DNA of 64,000 bases, from the NCBI GenBank assembly GCA_018060985.1, contig JAGOUZ010000003.1, forward strand, positions 47,356 through 111,355, written 5' to 3'. A model generated the notes under the pieces. That model was not told the origin of the DNA. It was given only the letters and a program-made list of their open reading frames with translations, and did not search any database. This document shows positions 47,750 through 56,118 of this stretch, piece by piece (within the stretch, counting starts at the first letter, position 1; every line of letters begins with the position of its first letter). The DNA comes from Minisyncoccota bacterium. GTDB lineage: Bacteria; Patescibacteriota; Minisyncoccia; Phycocordibacterales; SBAW01. Both the position numbers and the translations under genes were made by a program.

Positions 47750-48058
47750 ATGGCAAACATGGTTTCAAAGGAGGACATACAGAATCTGGCACAGCTTGCA
47801 CGGCTTGAGCTCTCGGACGAGGAGACGACTTCGCTCCAAAAAGACATGTCTAACATCCTCGAGTATGTAGGTCAGATTTCTGCCGTCTCGGCAGACGCGC
47901 AGACTGTGGTACCGGAGAATCACAATGTGATGCGCGCAGATACGCCGCGCGCTGAGGGCGACCCTATGGCAGGGAAGCGTGATGCGGTGTTGGCAGCGCT
48001 TCCAAAGCGTGAGGGCGACTACAATGTGGTGCGCAAAATAATCCAAAAAGATGAGTAA
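47750..48058 (+). CDS. gatC: Asp/Glu-tRNA amidotransferase subunit C
   Basis: 102 aa, VSKEDIQNLAQLARLELSDEE GatC pattern. Confidence 0.9.
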   Translation: MANMVSKEDIQNLAQLARLELSDEETTSLQKDMSNILEYVGQISAVSADAQTVVPENHNVMRADTPRAEGDPMAGKRDAVLAALPKREGDYNVVRKIIQKDE

Positions 48059-49451
48059 CTTGAACGAGCTATCTATAACCGAGGCCGCAGATAAACTACA
48101 GAGGAATGAAATTTCTGCAGTTGAACTCACGCGTGCCTGCCTAGACGAAACTTCTAAGCGCAATCCGGCCCTTAACGCCTACCTGGAAGTATTTGATGAT
48201 GCAGAAAAGCAGGCAGCTGATGCAGATGTGCGCCGTGCCGCGGGTGAACATACTCCGCTTCTTGGTATTCCGCTCGGCATGAAAGACAATATTTTGATTG
48301 AGGGAAAAAGAGTATCTGCCGCGTCTAAGATTTTGGAAGGGTATGTGGCGAGCTACGATGCAACAGTCACGGCCAAACTTAAACAGGCGGGCGCTGTATT
48401 TCTTGGCCGCACGAACATGGATGAGTTTGCGCACGGATCTTCGACCGAAAACTCGGCCTTTGGTCCTACTAAGAACCCGCATGATGAGTCGCGTATGCCG
48501 GGAGGGTCGTCAGGAGGTTCTGCAGCTGTTGTTGCGGCTAACCTAGCCCTCGGTGCGCTTGGTACCGACACCGGCGGCTCCATACGCGAGCCGGCGAGCT
48601 TTTGCGGTATTGTGGGTCTTAAGCCAACCTACGGCGCTGTCTCGCGCTCGGGACTTATTGCGATGGGCAGCAGCCTCGACCAAGCCGGACCGCTTACGAG
48701 AACAGTGGCTGATGCCGAACTGCTATTTAATGCGATAAAAGGAAAAGATCCGCTTGATAGCACGTCTGTTGATATGAAAAGCACTAACGCTGCACCAAAA
48801 AAGATAGGTGTGCCGCGACACTTGCTTGCAAGCGGTGTCGACAAAGACGTACTCGCAAAATTTGAAGCCTCTCTTGCAGTACTTAGGGCACAGGGGCACG
48901 AGATAGTGGATATCGAACTGCCTTCGGCTGGTTTAGCCCTGGCGATCTACTACGTTATTATGCCTGCAGAGGTGTCGGCAAACCTGGCGCGCTTTGATGG
49001 TGTTCGCTACGGACTTTCTAACAAAGGTGCATCACTTTGGGAGGACTATGCAAAAACTCGCGGTGCTGGCTTTGGACCTGAGGCGCGCCGCCGCATCATG
49101 CTTGGTACGTATGTACTTTCGAGCGGCTATTACGATGCGTACTACGGCAAGGCTACGGCGGCGCGCGAGATACTGCGCGCAGAAGTTGCTGAGGCTTTAA
49201 AAAAAGTTGATTTGATTGCAAACCCCTCGGCACCAACGCCTGCGCCCAAGCTTGGTGAAAAAACAAACGACCCGCTTGCTATGTACCTCATGGATATCTT
49301 TACGGTCACGGCAAACTTGACCGGCAACCCCGCACTCTCTGTACCTATGGGGACGGTAGAGCGAGAAGGAGCACAGCTTCCGGTGGGTCTCCAGTTTACG
49401 GCAGCTCATGGCAATGAACAGGCGCTTTTTGCTGCCGGCAAGGCCCTCTAA
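48051..49451 (+). CDS. gatA: Asp/Glu-tRNA amidotransferase subunit A
   Basis: Amidase signature GGSSGGSAAVVAA...GTDTGGSIREPASFCG. Confidence 0.95.
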   Translation: MSNLNELSITEAADKLQRNEISAVELTRACLDETSKRNPALNAYLEVFDDAEKQAADADVRRAAGEHTPLLGIPLGMKDNILIEGKRVSAASKILEGYVASYDATVTAKLKQAGAVFLGRTNMDEFAHGSSTENSAFGPTKNPHDESRMPGGSSGGSAAVVAANLALGALGTDTGGSIREPASFCGIVGLKPTYGAVSRSGLIAMGSSLDQAGPLTRTVADAELLFNAIKGKDPLDSTSVDMKSTNAAPKKIGVPRHLLASGVDKDVLAKFEASLAVLRAQGHEIVDIELPSAGLALAIYYVIMPAEVSANLARFDGVRYGLSNKGASLWEDYAKTRGAGFGPEARRRIMLGTYVLSSGYYDAYYGKATAAREILRAEVAEALKKVDLIANPSAPTPAPKLGEKTNDPLAMYLMDIFTVTANLTGNPALSVPMGTVEREGAQLPVGLQFTAAHGNEQALFAAGKAL

Positions 49452-49473
49452 ACTCCGGTTACAATAGTAGGTA

Positions 49474-50055
49474 ATGGATAGTGTTAATTTTCTTAACCTC
49501 GAGTACATCCTTACGCGTGTCTACGAGGTAACAACGGGCGTTACTGTAGATGTGGGGGAGGTGCCCGACTATGTACTGCATATCGTAGGACAGCTGGCTA
49601 TCCTTGGTATGACGCTCTCGGTCGTATTTTTGGCACTGGTGGTCTATGTTCGCATACGTATTGTGTTTGCAGAGCACGAGGGCTTTGGCGAGAAAGATCG
49701 CGAGATGATTGTCGAAGAGTCGGCAGTAGGAGATATTCCAAAAAATGCACGTTGGGAGCATGTGCGTAACCTCATAGCGCAGCCTATGGAGAGTGACTGG
49801 CGTCGGGCAATTATGGAGGCCGACAGTATGTTGGGGCAGCTCCTCTCCGACCAAGGATATCGAGGCAGCACGATAGGTGAACAGTTGCGTGACGCGAACC
49901 CGCTCCAATTTACGACGCTCGACCTTGCGTGGAAGGCGCACAAAGTGCGCAATGAGATAGCTCACGGGGGAGAGGGCTACAAACTTGATGAGCGTGAGGC
50001 ACACTCGACGATAGATCTCTACTCGCGCGTATTTGAAGAATTCAATTTTATATAG
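49474..50055 (+). CDS. membrane protein with C-terminal HEPN-like domain (Rx4H motif)
   Basis: One TM (LAILGMTLSVVFLALVVYV) then helical domain containing LDLAWKAHKVRNEIAHGG (R-N-x-x-x-H). Confidence 0.5.
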   Translation: MDSVNFLNLEYILTRVYEVTTGVTVDVGEVPDYVLHIVGQLAILGMTLSVVFLALVVYVRIRIVFAEHEGFGEKDREMIVEESAVGDIPKNARWEHVRNLIAQPMESDWRRAIMEADSMLGQLLSDQGYRGSTIGEQLRDANPLQFTTLDLAWKAHKVRNEIAHGGEGYKLDEREAHSTIDLYSRVFEEFNFI

Positions 50056-50072
50056 TACAATGTTGTGTATAT

Positions 50073-50144
50073 CGCGGGGTGGAGCAGTAGTAGCTCGCCA
50101 GGCTCATAACCTGGAGGTCGGGGGTGCAAGTCCCTCCCCCGCAA
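50073..50144 (+). tRNA. initiator tRNA-fMet, anticodon CAU
   Basis: C1:A72 mismatch (CGCGGGG/CCCCGCA) typical of bacterial initiator; anticodon loop CUCAUAA; terminator hairpin 50158-50180. Confidence 0.8.
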
Positions 50145-50293
50145 CAGACATTCGTAAGGGTCCGCTTAGGCGGACTTTTGCGTTGAAGAAAAAGGTGAAA
50201 AATGATAGCGTAGTGCTATTGTCGGGATAAGCAAAGCTTGCCCCGACGGCATTCGGACTAAAAGCACACGAGTGCGCTTTTAGCTCCTCATTT

Positions 50294-50367
50294 GTCGGGG
50301 TAGCTCAGCTGGTAAGAGCGTAGCATTCATAACGCTAAGGTCGTGGGTTCGACTCCCACCCTCGACA
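50294..50367 (+). tRNA. tRNA with CAU anticodon (elongator Met or Ile2/lysidine)
   Basis: Acceptor GUCGGGG/CCUCGAC, loop UUCAUAA, T-loop UUCGACU; A31:C39 mismatch in the anticodon stem. Confidence 0.75.
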
Positions 50368-50494
50368 CCCGTTTCGCTTTAACGCCTTTTGCGTTAAGAT
50401 ACGGACGTTCGAAACAGTTTGCGGGGTAAGCATAGCTTGCTCCCGCGGCATTCGACGGCATAATGAACGAGTTCATTCTGTTCGGTTCTCATTT

Positions 50495-50569
50495 GCGGGA
50501 GTAGCTCAATTTGGTTAGAGCGCGTCCCTGTCACGGACGAGGTTGCGGGTTCAAGTCCCGTCTCTCGCG
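50495..50569 (+). tRNA. tRNA-Asp, anticodon GUC
   Basis: Acceptor GCGGGAG/CUCUCGC, anticodon loop CUGUCAC, T-loop UUCAAGU. Confidence 0.85.
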
Positions 50570-50594
50570 CAAATTCACATGATAAAATAGGGGT

Positions 50595-50732
50595 ATGGAC
50601 GCCATCACCAACATACTCACGATGCTCCTTAACTTTTTGTTGAGTTTTTTGGAGCTGTTTATAAACTTTATAATCACTGCGCTCACCATGGTGCTTAATT
50701 TTGTTAAGGCGATAGTTGGTACTGTGGTCTAG
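50595..50732 (+). CDS. hypothetical 45-aa hydrophobic peptide
   Basis: MDAITNILTMLLNFLLSFLELFINFIITALTMVLNFVKAIVGTVV; 2 nt upstream of the next ORF. Confidence 0.3.
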   Translation: MDAITNILTMLLNFLLSFLELFINFIITALTMVLNFVKAIVGTVV

Positions 50733-50734
50733 TC

Positions 50735-51037
50735 ATGCGTATGTCTAAAAAGTCCCGAATTATAGTCGCAGTGGTGTGGGGGATACTGACGCTGCCCACC
50801 GCGTTTTTTGCCATGGTGCTCTTTGGATTGGCTCGTATGGATACGGGCTCTGTAAACCCTGAGCCGCAGTTACTTGCACTGTGGGCACTGCCTGTCGTGC
50901 TCCTCGTTTCTTGCATTGCAGAACTTATGCTTGCACGCGGGGCTGATACCCGCAGCAAAGCTGGGCTTGCAAAAGTCTTCGCTTTTTTACCGGTAGGGAA
51001 TATTCTTATAATCGCAGTACTTATTTTGGCTCGGTGA
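50735..51037 (+). CDS. hypothetical small membrane protein (100 aa)
   Basis: Three predicted TM helices. Confidence 0.45.
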   Translation: MRMSKKSRIIVAVVWGILTLPTAFFAMVLFGLARMDTGSVNPEPQLLALWALPVVLLVSCIAELMLARGADTRSKAGLAKVFAFLPVGNILIIAVLILAR

Positions 51038-51180
51038 GCGATTGAAAAAAGCCTTAAAATACGCTACTCTGCGGAAGTTACTTGTTTGTCGTGCACATAT
51101 CCGCCGTTGTAAGCAAAGCTTGCAACGACTGCATTCGTAAAAAATGAAAATATAGGATATTCTCATTTTGTTACTCATTT

Positions 51181-51253
51181 GCCGTTGTAGCTCAGTTGGT
51201 AGAGCAACGCCATGGTAAGGCGTAGGTCGCCGGTTCGATTCCGGCCAACGGCT
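51181..51253 (+). tRNA. tRNA-Thr, anticodon GGU
   Basis: Acceptor GCCGUUG/CAACGGC, loop AUGGUAA, T-loop UUCGAUU; CCA encoded (51254-51256). Confidence 0.85.
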
Positions 51254-51258
51254 CCAGG

Positions 51259-51285
51259 CCAGAGTAGCTCAGTTGGATGAACAGC
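51259..51285 (+). pseudogene. tRNA 5' fragment (acceptor 5' strand plus D-arm remnant)
   Basis: GCCAGAGTAGCTCAGTTGG matches tRNA-Thr(CGU) 5' end 18/19, then diverges into a 110-nt hairpin-rich segment. Confidence 0.4.
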
Positions 51286-51392
51286 AAACTGCTTTGCGGT
51301 TCATCCGATTCTGCTTTGCAGAAACGGCTGTTGTTCATTATTATGAACCGGCAGTAGGAGGGACGAGCGGCGCCTATTTTAGTTGCGTGAGA

Positions 51393-51465
51393 GCCGGAGT
51401 AGCTCAGTTGGTAGAGCGGCGGTATCGTAAACCGCAGGTCGCCGGTTCAATCCCGGCCTCCGGCT
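51393..51465 (+). tRNA. tRNA-Thr, anticodon CGU
   Basis: Acceptor GCCGGAG/CUCCGGC, loop AUCGUAA, T-loop UUCAAUC. Confidence 0.85.
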
Positions 51466-51471
51466 CTCACG

Positions 51472-51514
51472 TTGGTAAACCGCAGGTCGAGGGTTCCCCG
51501 GCCTCTGGCTCCGA
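51472..51514 (+). pseudogene. degenerate duplicate of the tRNA-Thr 3' half
   Basis: GTTGGTAAACCGCAGGTC-GAGGGTTCCCCGGC-CTCTGGC-TCC parallels GGTAAACCGCAGGTC-GCCGGTTCAATCCCGGC-CTCCGGC of the intact gene; its acceptor strand CTCTGGC complements the upstream 5' fragment GCCAGAG. Confidence 0.5.
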
Positions 51515-51571
51515 ATTTTTATAAAAAGAATGACCGCGGGTCCCTTGGTAGGGGCTCGCGGTCTTATGCGT

Positions 51572-52045
51572 TTACTTCGGCACCACAGCCCGGATGACCT
51601 CGCGGTGAGGTTCAAAGAAGTCAGGCATCTGGTCGATCGAGGCGAGCTTGAAGGTCGTAACCTCGAACTCCTCGCCCTTCTCTCCCGGGCGCAATATGAC
51701 TTGGCCCATGATCGGGCGCATCACCTTTGTGGGTACGCCTGCCGCATAGAAGTATTGCTCGTACTCATCGCCGGTACGGTAGTTGGTCTTTTTCCTCTGC
51801 AGGAGCAGATGAAGACGGATAGAGTCGAGCAGGGGGATACCCGTCTCTTCCAAGAACTCGCGGCGCGCCGCCGCTTCCGGCTTTTCGCCGAGCTCGATCT
51901 GTCCGCCGGGGAGTTTCCAGGCAGGCTCGTCACGATAGATTTCTCGCACGAGTGCGATGTCGGTATCGTTGCAGATCCCGGCGATGAGCACATGCCCATC
52001 GCTCGGTGGATGAGTGTAAGTCACTACGGCCTCCGTTTTTCTCAA
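51572..52045 (-). CDS. NUDIX hydrolase
   Basis: Nudix box GGQIELGEKPEAAARREFLEETGI. Confidence 0.85.
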   Translation of the reverse strand: MRKTEAVVTYTHPPSDGHVLIAGICNDTDIALVREIYRDEPAWKLPGGQIELGEKPEAAARREFLEETGIPLLDSIRLHLLLQRKKTNYRTGDEYEQYFYAAGVPTKVMRPIMGQVILRPGEKGEEFEVTTFKLASIDQMPDFFEPHREVIRAVVPK

Positions 52046-52118
52046 AGCCGCGATTGGCTTCCAGTAAGTATTATATCATACATTTACGTTAAACGCAAGT
52101 GTATGCTACACTCTTTGC

Positions 52119-52988
52119 ATGCAAAGTAAGGAGGCTATTGAAGCGCGGATAAAAGAACTGGAGGGCGCTATGACTGCGCCGGACTTTTGGAGCAACCCCA
52201 CAGAGGCACAACAACTCATTAAAGAATTGCAGGAGCTGAAAGCCGAGGCAGAAGGTGGCAGTAAGTTCGATCAAGGGAATGCCGTACTTTCGTTTATGGC
52301 AGGCGCGGGTGGCGATGATGCGGAAGATTTTGCCCACATGCTGTTTGAGATGTATCGCAAGTACTGCGAGAACAGGGGATGGGGTATGCGCGTACTACAT
52401 AAAAACGAAAACGATCGCGGTGGCTACCGAAACCTCTCGGTAGAAATTGAAGGTAAAAAAGCCTACGGCATTCTTAAAAACGAATATGGTGTGCACCGCC
52501 TAGTGCGCATATCGCCGTTTAACGCATCGGCCAAGCGCCACACCTCTTTTGTGCTAGTAGAAGTGCTACCAGTTATAGAAAAAGTTTCAACCATCGAGAT
52601 TTCTGAAAAAGATTTGGATATTACCGTGGCGAGGAGCTCTGGCCCTGGCGGGCAGAACGTAAACAAGCGCGAGACGGCCGTGCGCATTGTGCATACGCCA
52701 ACCGGGATTAGTGCACATGTCGACGGTGAACGCACGCAGGGCGCCAACAAAGAAAAAGCGCTTGCGCTTGTGACCGCTAAACTTCTGCGCCGCATGGAAG
52801 AAGAGCGCAAGGAGAAAATTTCTGACCTTTCTACCAACACTAAAATTGAATGGGGGAGCCAGATACGCTCCTATGTACTCCACCCGTACAAACTCGTTAA
52901 AGATCATCGCACCAACGTAGAAGTGCATGATGCCGAGGGCGTGCTGGATGGCAACCTTGAGCCGTTTTTAGAGACGCCAGCGAACTAA
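52119..52988 (+). CDS. prfB: peptide chain release factor 2 (short form, no frameshift evident)
   Basis: SPF tripeptide (RISPFNAS) and GGQ ([10 protein letters not shown]); 289 aa; begins at the position corresponding to just after the E. coli frameshift site. Confidence 0.85.
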   Translation: MQSKEAIEARIKELEGAMTAPDFWSNPTEAQQLIKELQELKAEAEGGSKFDQGNAVLSFMAGAGGDDAEDFAHMLFEMYRKYCENRGWGMRVLHKNENDRGGYRNLSVEIEGKKAYGILKNEYGVHRLVRISPFNASAKRHTSFVLVEVLPVIEKVSTIEISEKDLDITVARSSGPGGQNVNKRETAVRIVHTPTGISAHVDGERTQGANKEKALALVTAKLLRRMEEERKEKISDLSTNTKIEWGSQIRSYVLHPYKLVKDHRTNVEVHDAEGVLDGNLEPFLETPAN

Positions 52989-54437
52989 ATTTCGATCTTG
53001 CGATGATCCTGTTCGTCGAGGCATCCGATGCATGCCGGTGTAGTCTTTTGTAGTGTAGGCGCAGAGGTTTGGGTGATCCATGCGGTCAGCGCCGAGGTGT
53101 CTGTTTGCTGATTGTCTGACCCAAGGACAATAACCGCTACGCGGCGCACTTGATCGCCCGCGTTAAAGGCGAGGAGCGATACCATTGTGTCTTTTGCCGC
53201 AAGGGTGTGGCCGACTTTACCGCCTACATACGGCTCTTGCGCCGCTGGTGCGTTTACGTTGCTGATGGTGTAGGGAACACCGTCATCGGACATGATCGTT
53301 TTTTTGTCCATGTGCGTTACGTTAAAGACGAACGATTTTTTATTGGCGAGGTAAGTCGCAAGGCGGAAGAGGTCGTCTGCAGTTGAAATGTTGCCAGCAG
53401 AGATGCCGCTTGCGTCGGCAAAGGTGGTTGAGTGCATACCAAAAGCTTTTGCGGTGGTGTTCATCCAGTTCACAAAGGAGTTTTTGCCGTAATAGCTTGA
53501 AAGAGAGTCGGCGACGCCGTTACTCGATTGCATAAGGAGCGGATATACCAGGTCTTCGGCTACAAATGTTTTGCGATCGGTTTTTTCTGGATCGGGCGGG
53601 TTAACCAAGCTGCCTTCCGCAACGGTAACTTTACGGTCGAAGCTGATGGTCTCGTTGGCAACGAGCGCGGTCATAAGTTTGGTAACGGAGGCAATGGGGC
53701 GCAAGACGTTTGCGTTCCGTTCTGCATATACGTCACCGGTGTCGACGTCGGCAACCAGATAGGCGTGCGCGTTAATTGGCGGTAGGGTCGAATGATCTAC
53801 GGCAAGCGTCTTAAGCGTTGTGTCAGTTTTGGTGTCGTATACAAAGACTTTGGTACCGATTTCTGCGAAGTTAAATATCTGTTCCGCGTCTTCGCTGAGT
53901 AGTTTTATGCAGCCGCCCGAAAATGAAGCAGAGACAGGGGTGCCGTCGGGGTAGGTGGTCCAGCCGTGGATAAAGTAGTTGCCGTAAAATTGCATACTCC
54001 ACGGCATGTACACATGGCCAATCGAGGAGAAGTGGCTTACTTCTTTAGTCTGCACGGCATACATACCGCTCGGCGTTTCCCAAGCGCTGCCGGTACGGCC
54101 TTTAGACTGAATAGGGAACTCTTTAACGAGTTCGCCGTCTTCATACAGGAAGACCTTCATCTCCACGAGGTCGGCCGCGATGAGCTTGCCCTCTGTGGGA
54201 ATGGCATCTTGTATGGTGAGGCTGTTAATGATGCGCTTGGGGGTAGTCGTGGAGATGGCAGAAGCTACTATGGGAGAGGGTTTGGGGAGTAGCGTAGAGA
54301 CCTTTATACCCGTGGGCATACCCACTGCCGAGAGGGCATAGTAGCCACCAACTCCTATAAGCCCCAAAATAATGAGGCCCTTGGCTGCAAAGGCGAAGCC
54401 CTTCCAGTCGAAGGAGAACGTACCGAAGCGGGAAAAC
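52985..54437 (-). CDS. fusion protein: L,D-transpeptidase (YkuD) domain plus D-alanyl-D-alanine carboxypeptidase (S11) domain
   Basis: N-terminal TM; YkuD catalytic SGGCIKLL with upstream His; S11 SxxK motif ASVTKLMT; start placed at ATG 54437 (MFSRFGTF...), not the longer ORF that overlaps ftsE. Confidence 0.75.
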
Positions 54438-54494
54438 ATGCGCTTATCATAGCGTATTTTGCTAATTATGGGTAAGCGGTTACAATAAATAACC

Positions 54495-55175
54495 GTGATA
54501 TATTTCGATCGCGTAAGTAAGGTGTACGCCGATAACTCTACGGCGCTCCAGGATGTCTCGTTCTCGGTTGAACCTGGCGAGTTCATCTCTATTGTTGGAC
54601 ACAGCGGCGCCGGCAAAACTACGCTTGTTAAAATGCTTCTTGCTGAAGAGAAGCCGACTTCTGGCTCCGTATTTTTTGAATCTATGAACGTGCATGAGGT
54701 GCCGCTGCGCCACATGGGTGCTCTGCGCCGCAAAATCGGGACGGTGTTTCAGGACTTCCGTTTGCTGCCCAACAAAACCGCATACGAAAATATTGCCTTT
54801 GCTATGGAGGCGGCAGGGAGACCGGAAGAGGAAATCCATTCTGACGTACCGCACGTACTTGAACTGGTTGACCTTGCCGACAAGATGAATAATTTTCCTG
54901 GCGAACTTTCTGGCGGCGAACAGCAGCGTGTGGCTATTGCGCGCGCGATTGTGAACCAGCCAGATGTTATTGTGGCAGATGAGCCGACCGGCAACCTTGA
55001 CCCGGTAAACACCTTTGAAGTGGTGCAAATTCTTAAGAAGATAAACGACCTCGGCACGACTATTGTACTTACGACACACAACAAGGGGGTTATCGACAGT
55101 CTAAAAAAGCGCGTTATCACTATGGACCGCGGCAAAGTAGTGCGCGATGATAGGGAGGGCAAGTATATTTTGTAA
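54495..55175 (+). CDS. ftsE: cell-division ABC transporter ATP-binding protein FtsE
   Basis: Walker A GHSGAGKTT, signature LSGGEQQRVAIARA. Confidence 0.9.
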   Translation: MIYFDRVSKVYADNSTALQDVSFSVEPGEFISIVGHSGAGKTTLVKMLLAEEKPTSGSVFFESMNVHEVPLRHMGALRRKIGTVFQDFRLLPNKTAYENIAFAMEAAGRPEEEIHSDVPHVLELVDLADKMNNFPGELSGGEQQRVAIARAIVNQPDVIVADEPTGNLDPVNTFEVVQILKKINDLGTTIVLTTHNKGVIDSLKKRVITMDRGKVVRDDREGKYIL

Positions 55176-55176
55176 T

Positions 55177-56112
55177 ATGAGTAAAAAGACACCTACATTT
55201 AAGCGTATTGTTAGGGCCGGCTTTCAAAGCTTTTGGCGCAACGCGTTTGTCTCTTTTTCCGCACTGCTTGCCATAACCGAAGCACTTTTTATTTTTGGCA
55301 TCGTTATTTTTACGGGCGTCGTGCTGCAGGCCACCCTTTCTTCTATTGAGGGGCAGGCAGATATGAGCGTTGTATTTTTGACGGAGGCGCCCGAGCAGCG
55401 CGTGCTCGAGGTTAAGACACGCCTTGAGGCACTGCCGGAGGTTGCGCGGGTTACCTATGCCTCAAGCGAGGATGTGCTTGCCAGCTTTAGGGAAGATCAT
55501 AAAGACGACCAGCTGACTCTGCAGGCCCTCAATGAACTGGGCAGCAACCCCTTTGGTGCGCGTTTAACTATTGAGGCAAAAGACATCGGGCAGTACAACC
55601 TGATTGCAGACTTTTTGCGTGAACAGTCGGCGCTTGAGGCAGGGGAGAGCGCTATTATTGAAAAGATAAATTACTACGATCCGAAGTTCCGCCTCGCATC
55701 GGAGCGTCTGCAGGGGATTATTACTTCTGCTACGTGGCTTGGTATCGTTATGATCGTTCTCTTTACCCTGACTACCGTCACCATCTGCCTTAACCTGGTG
55801 CGTCTTGCTATATATACCTCGCGCGATGAGATACAGGTGATGCGCCTCGTGGGCGCGACAAGCGGCTTTGTGCGCGGACCGTTTGTGATCCAGGGTGCCA
55901 TACAGGGCCTCGTAGCAGGAACGCTCACCCTGCTGTTGTTCTACCCATTTACGTACTTTATTAAAGATGCGGCGCTCCAGTTCGGCGGGGTGGATCTGTT
56001 TGTGTACTATCTGACCCATTTCCCAGCCTTTTTTGCGGTCTTTATTGGCGGCGGATTCCTACTTGGAGCAGGGCTCCATTTCCTTGCCGTGCGGCGCTAC
56101 CTAAGGGTATAA
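55177..56112 (+). CDS. ftsX: cell-division ABC transporter permease-like protein FtsX
   Basis: Four TM, large periplasmic loop; immediately downstream of ftsE. Confidence 0.8.
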   Translation: MSKKTPTFKRIVRAGFQSFWRNAFVSFSALLAITEALFIFGIVIFTGVVLQATLSSIEGQADMSVVFLTEAPEQRVLEVKTRLEALPEVARVTYASSEDVLASFREDHKDDQLTLQALNELGSNPFGARLTIEAKDIGQYNLIADFLREQSALEAGESAIIEKINYYDPKFRLASERLQGIITSATWLGIVMIVLFTLTTVTICLNLVRLAIYTSRDEIQVMRLVGATSGFVRGPFVIQGAIQGLVAGTLTLLLFYPFTYFIKDAALQFGGVDLFVYYLTHFPAFFAVFIGGGFLLGAGLHFLAVRRYLRV

Positions 56113-56118
56113 TCGTGT

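Noticed and set aside
51273-51524. 83-aa plus ORF and 78-aa minus ORF across the tRNA-Thr genes
   Set aside because: They overlap two tRNA genes and tRNA fragments.
52100-52130. Programmed +1 frameshift site in prfB
   Set aside because: CTT TGC ATG resembles CUU UGA C but has no stop codon. The overlapping frame's TAA (52127-52129) is preceded by AAG, which cannot re-pair in +1. No RF2-like N-terminal peptide is encoded upstream.
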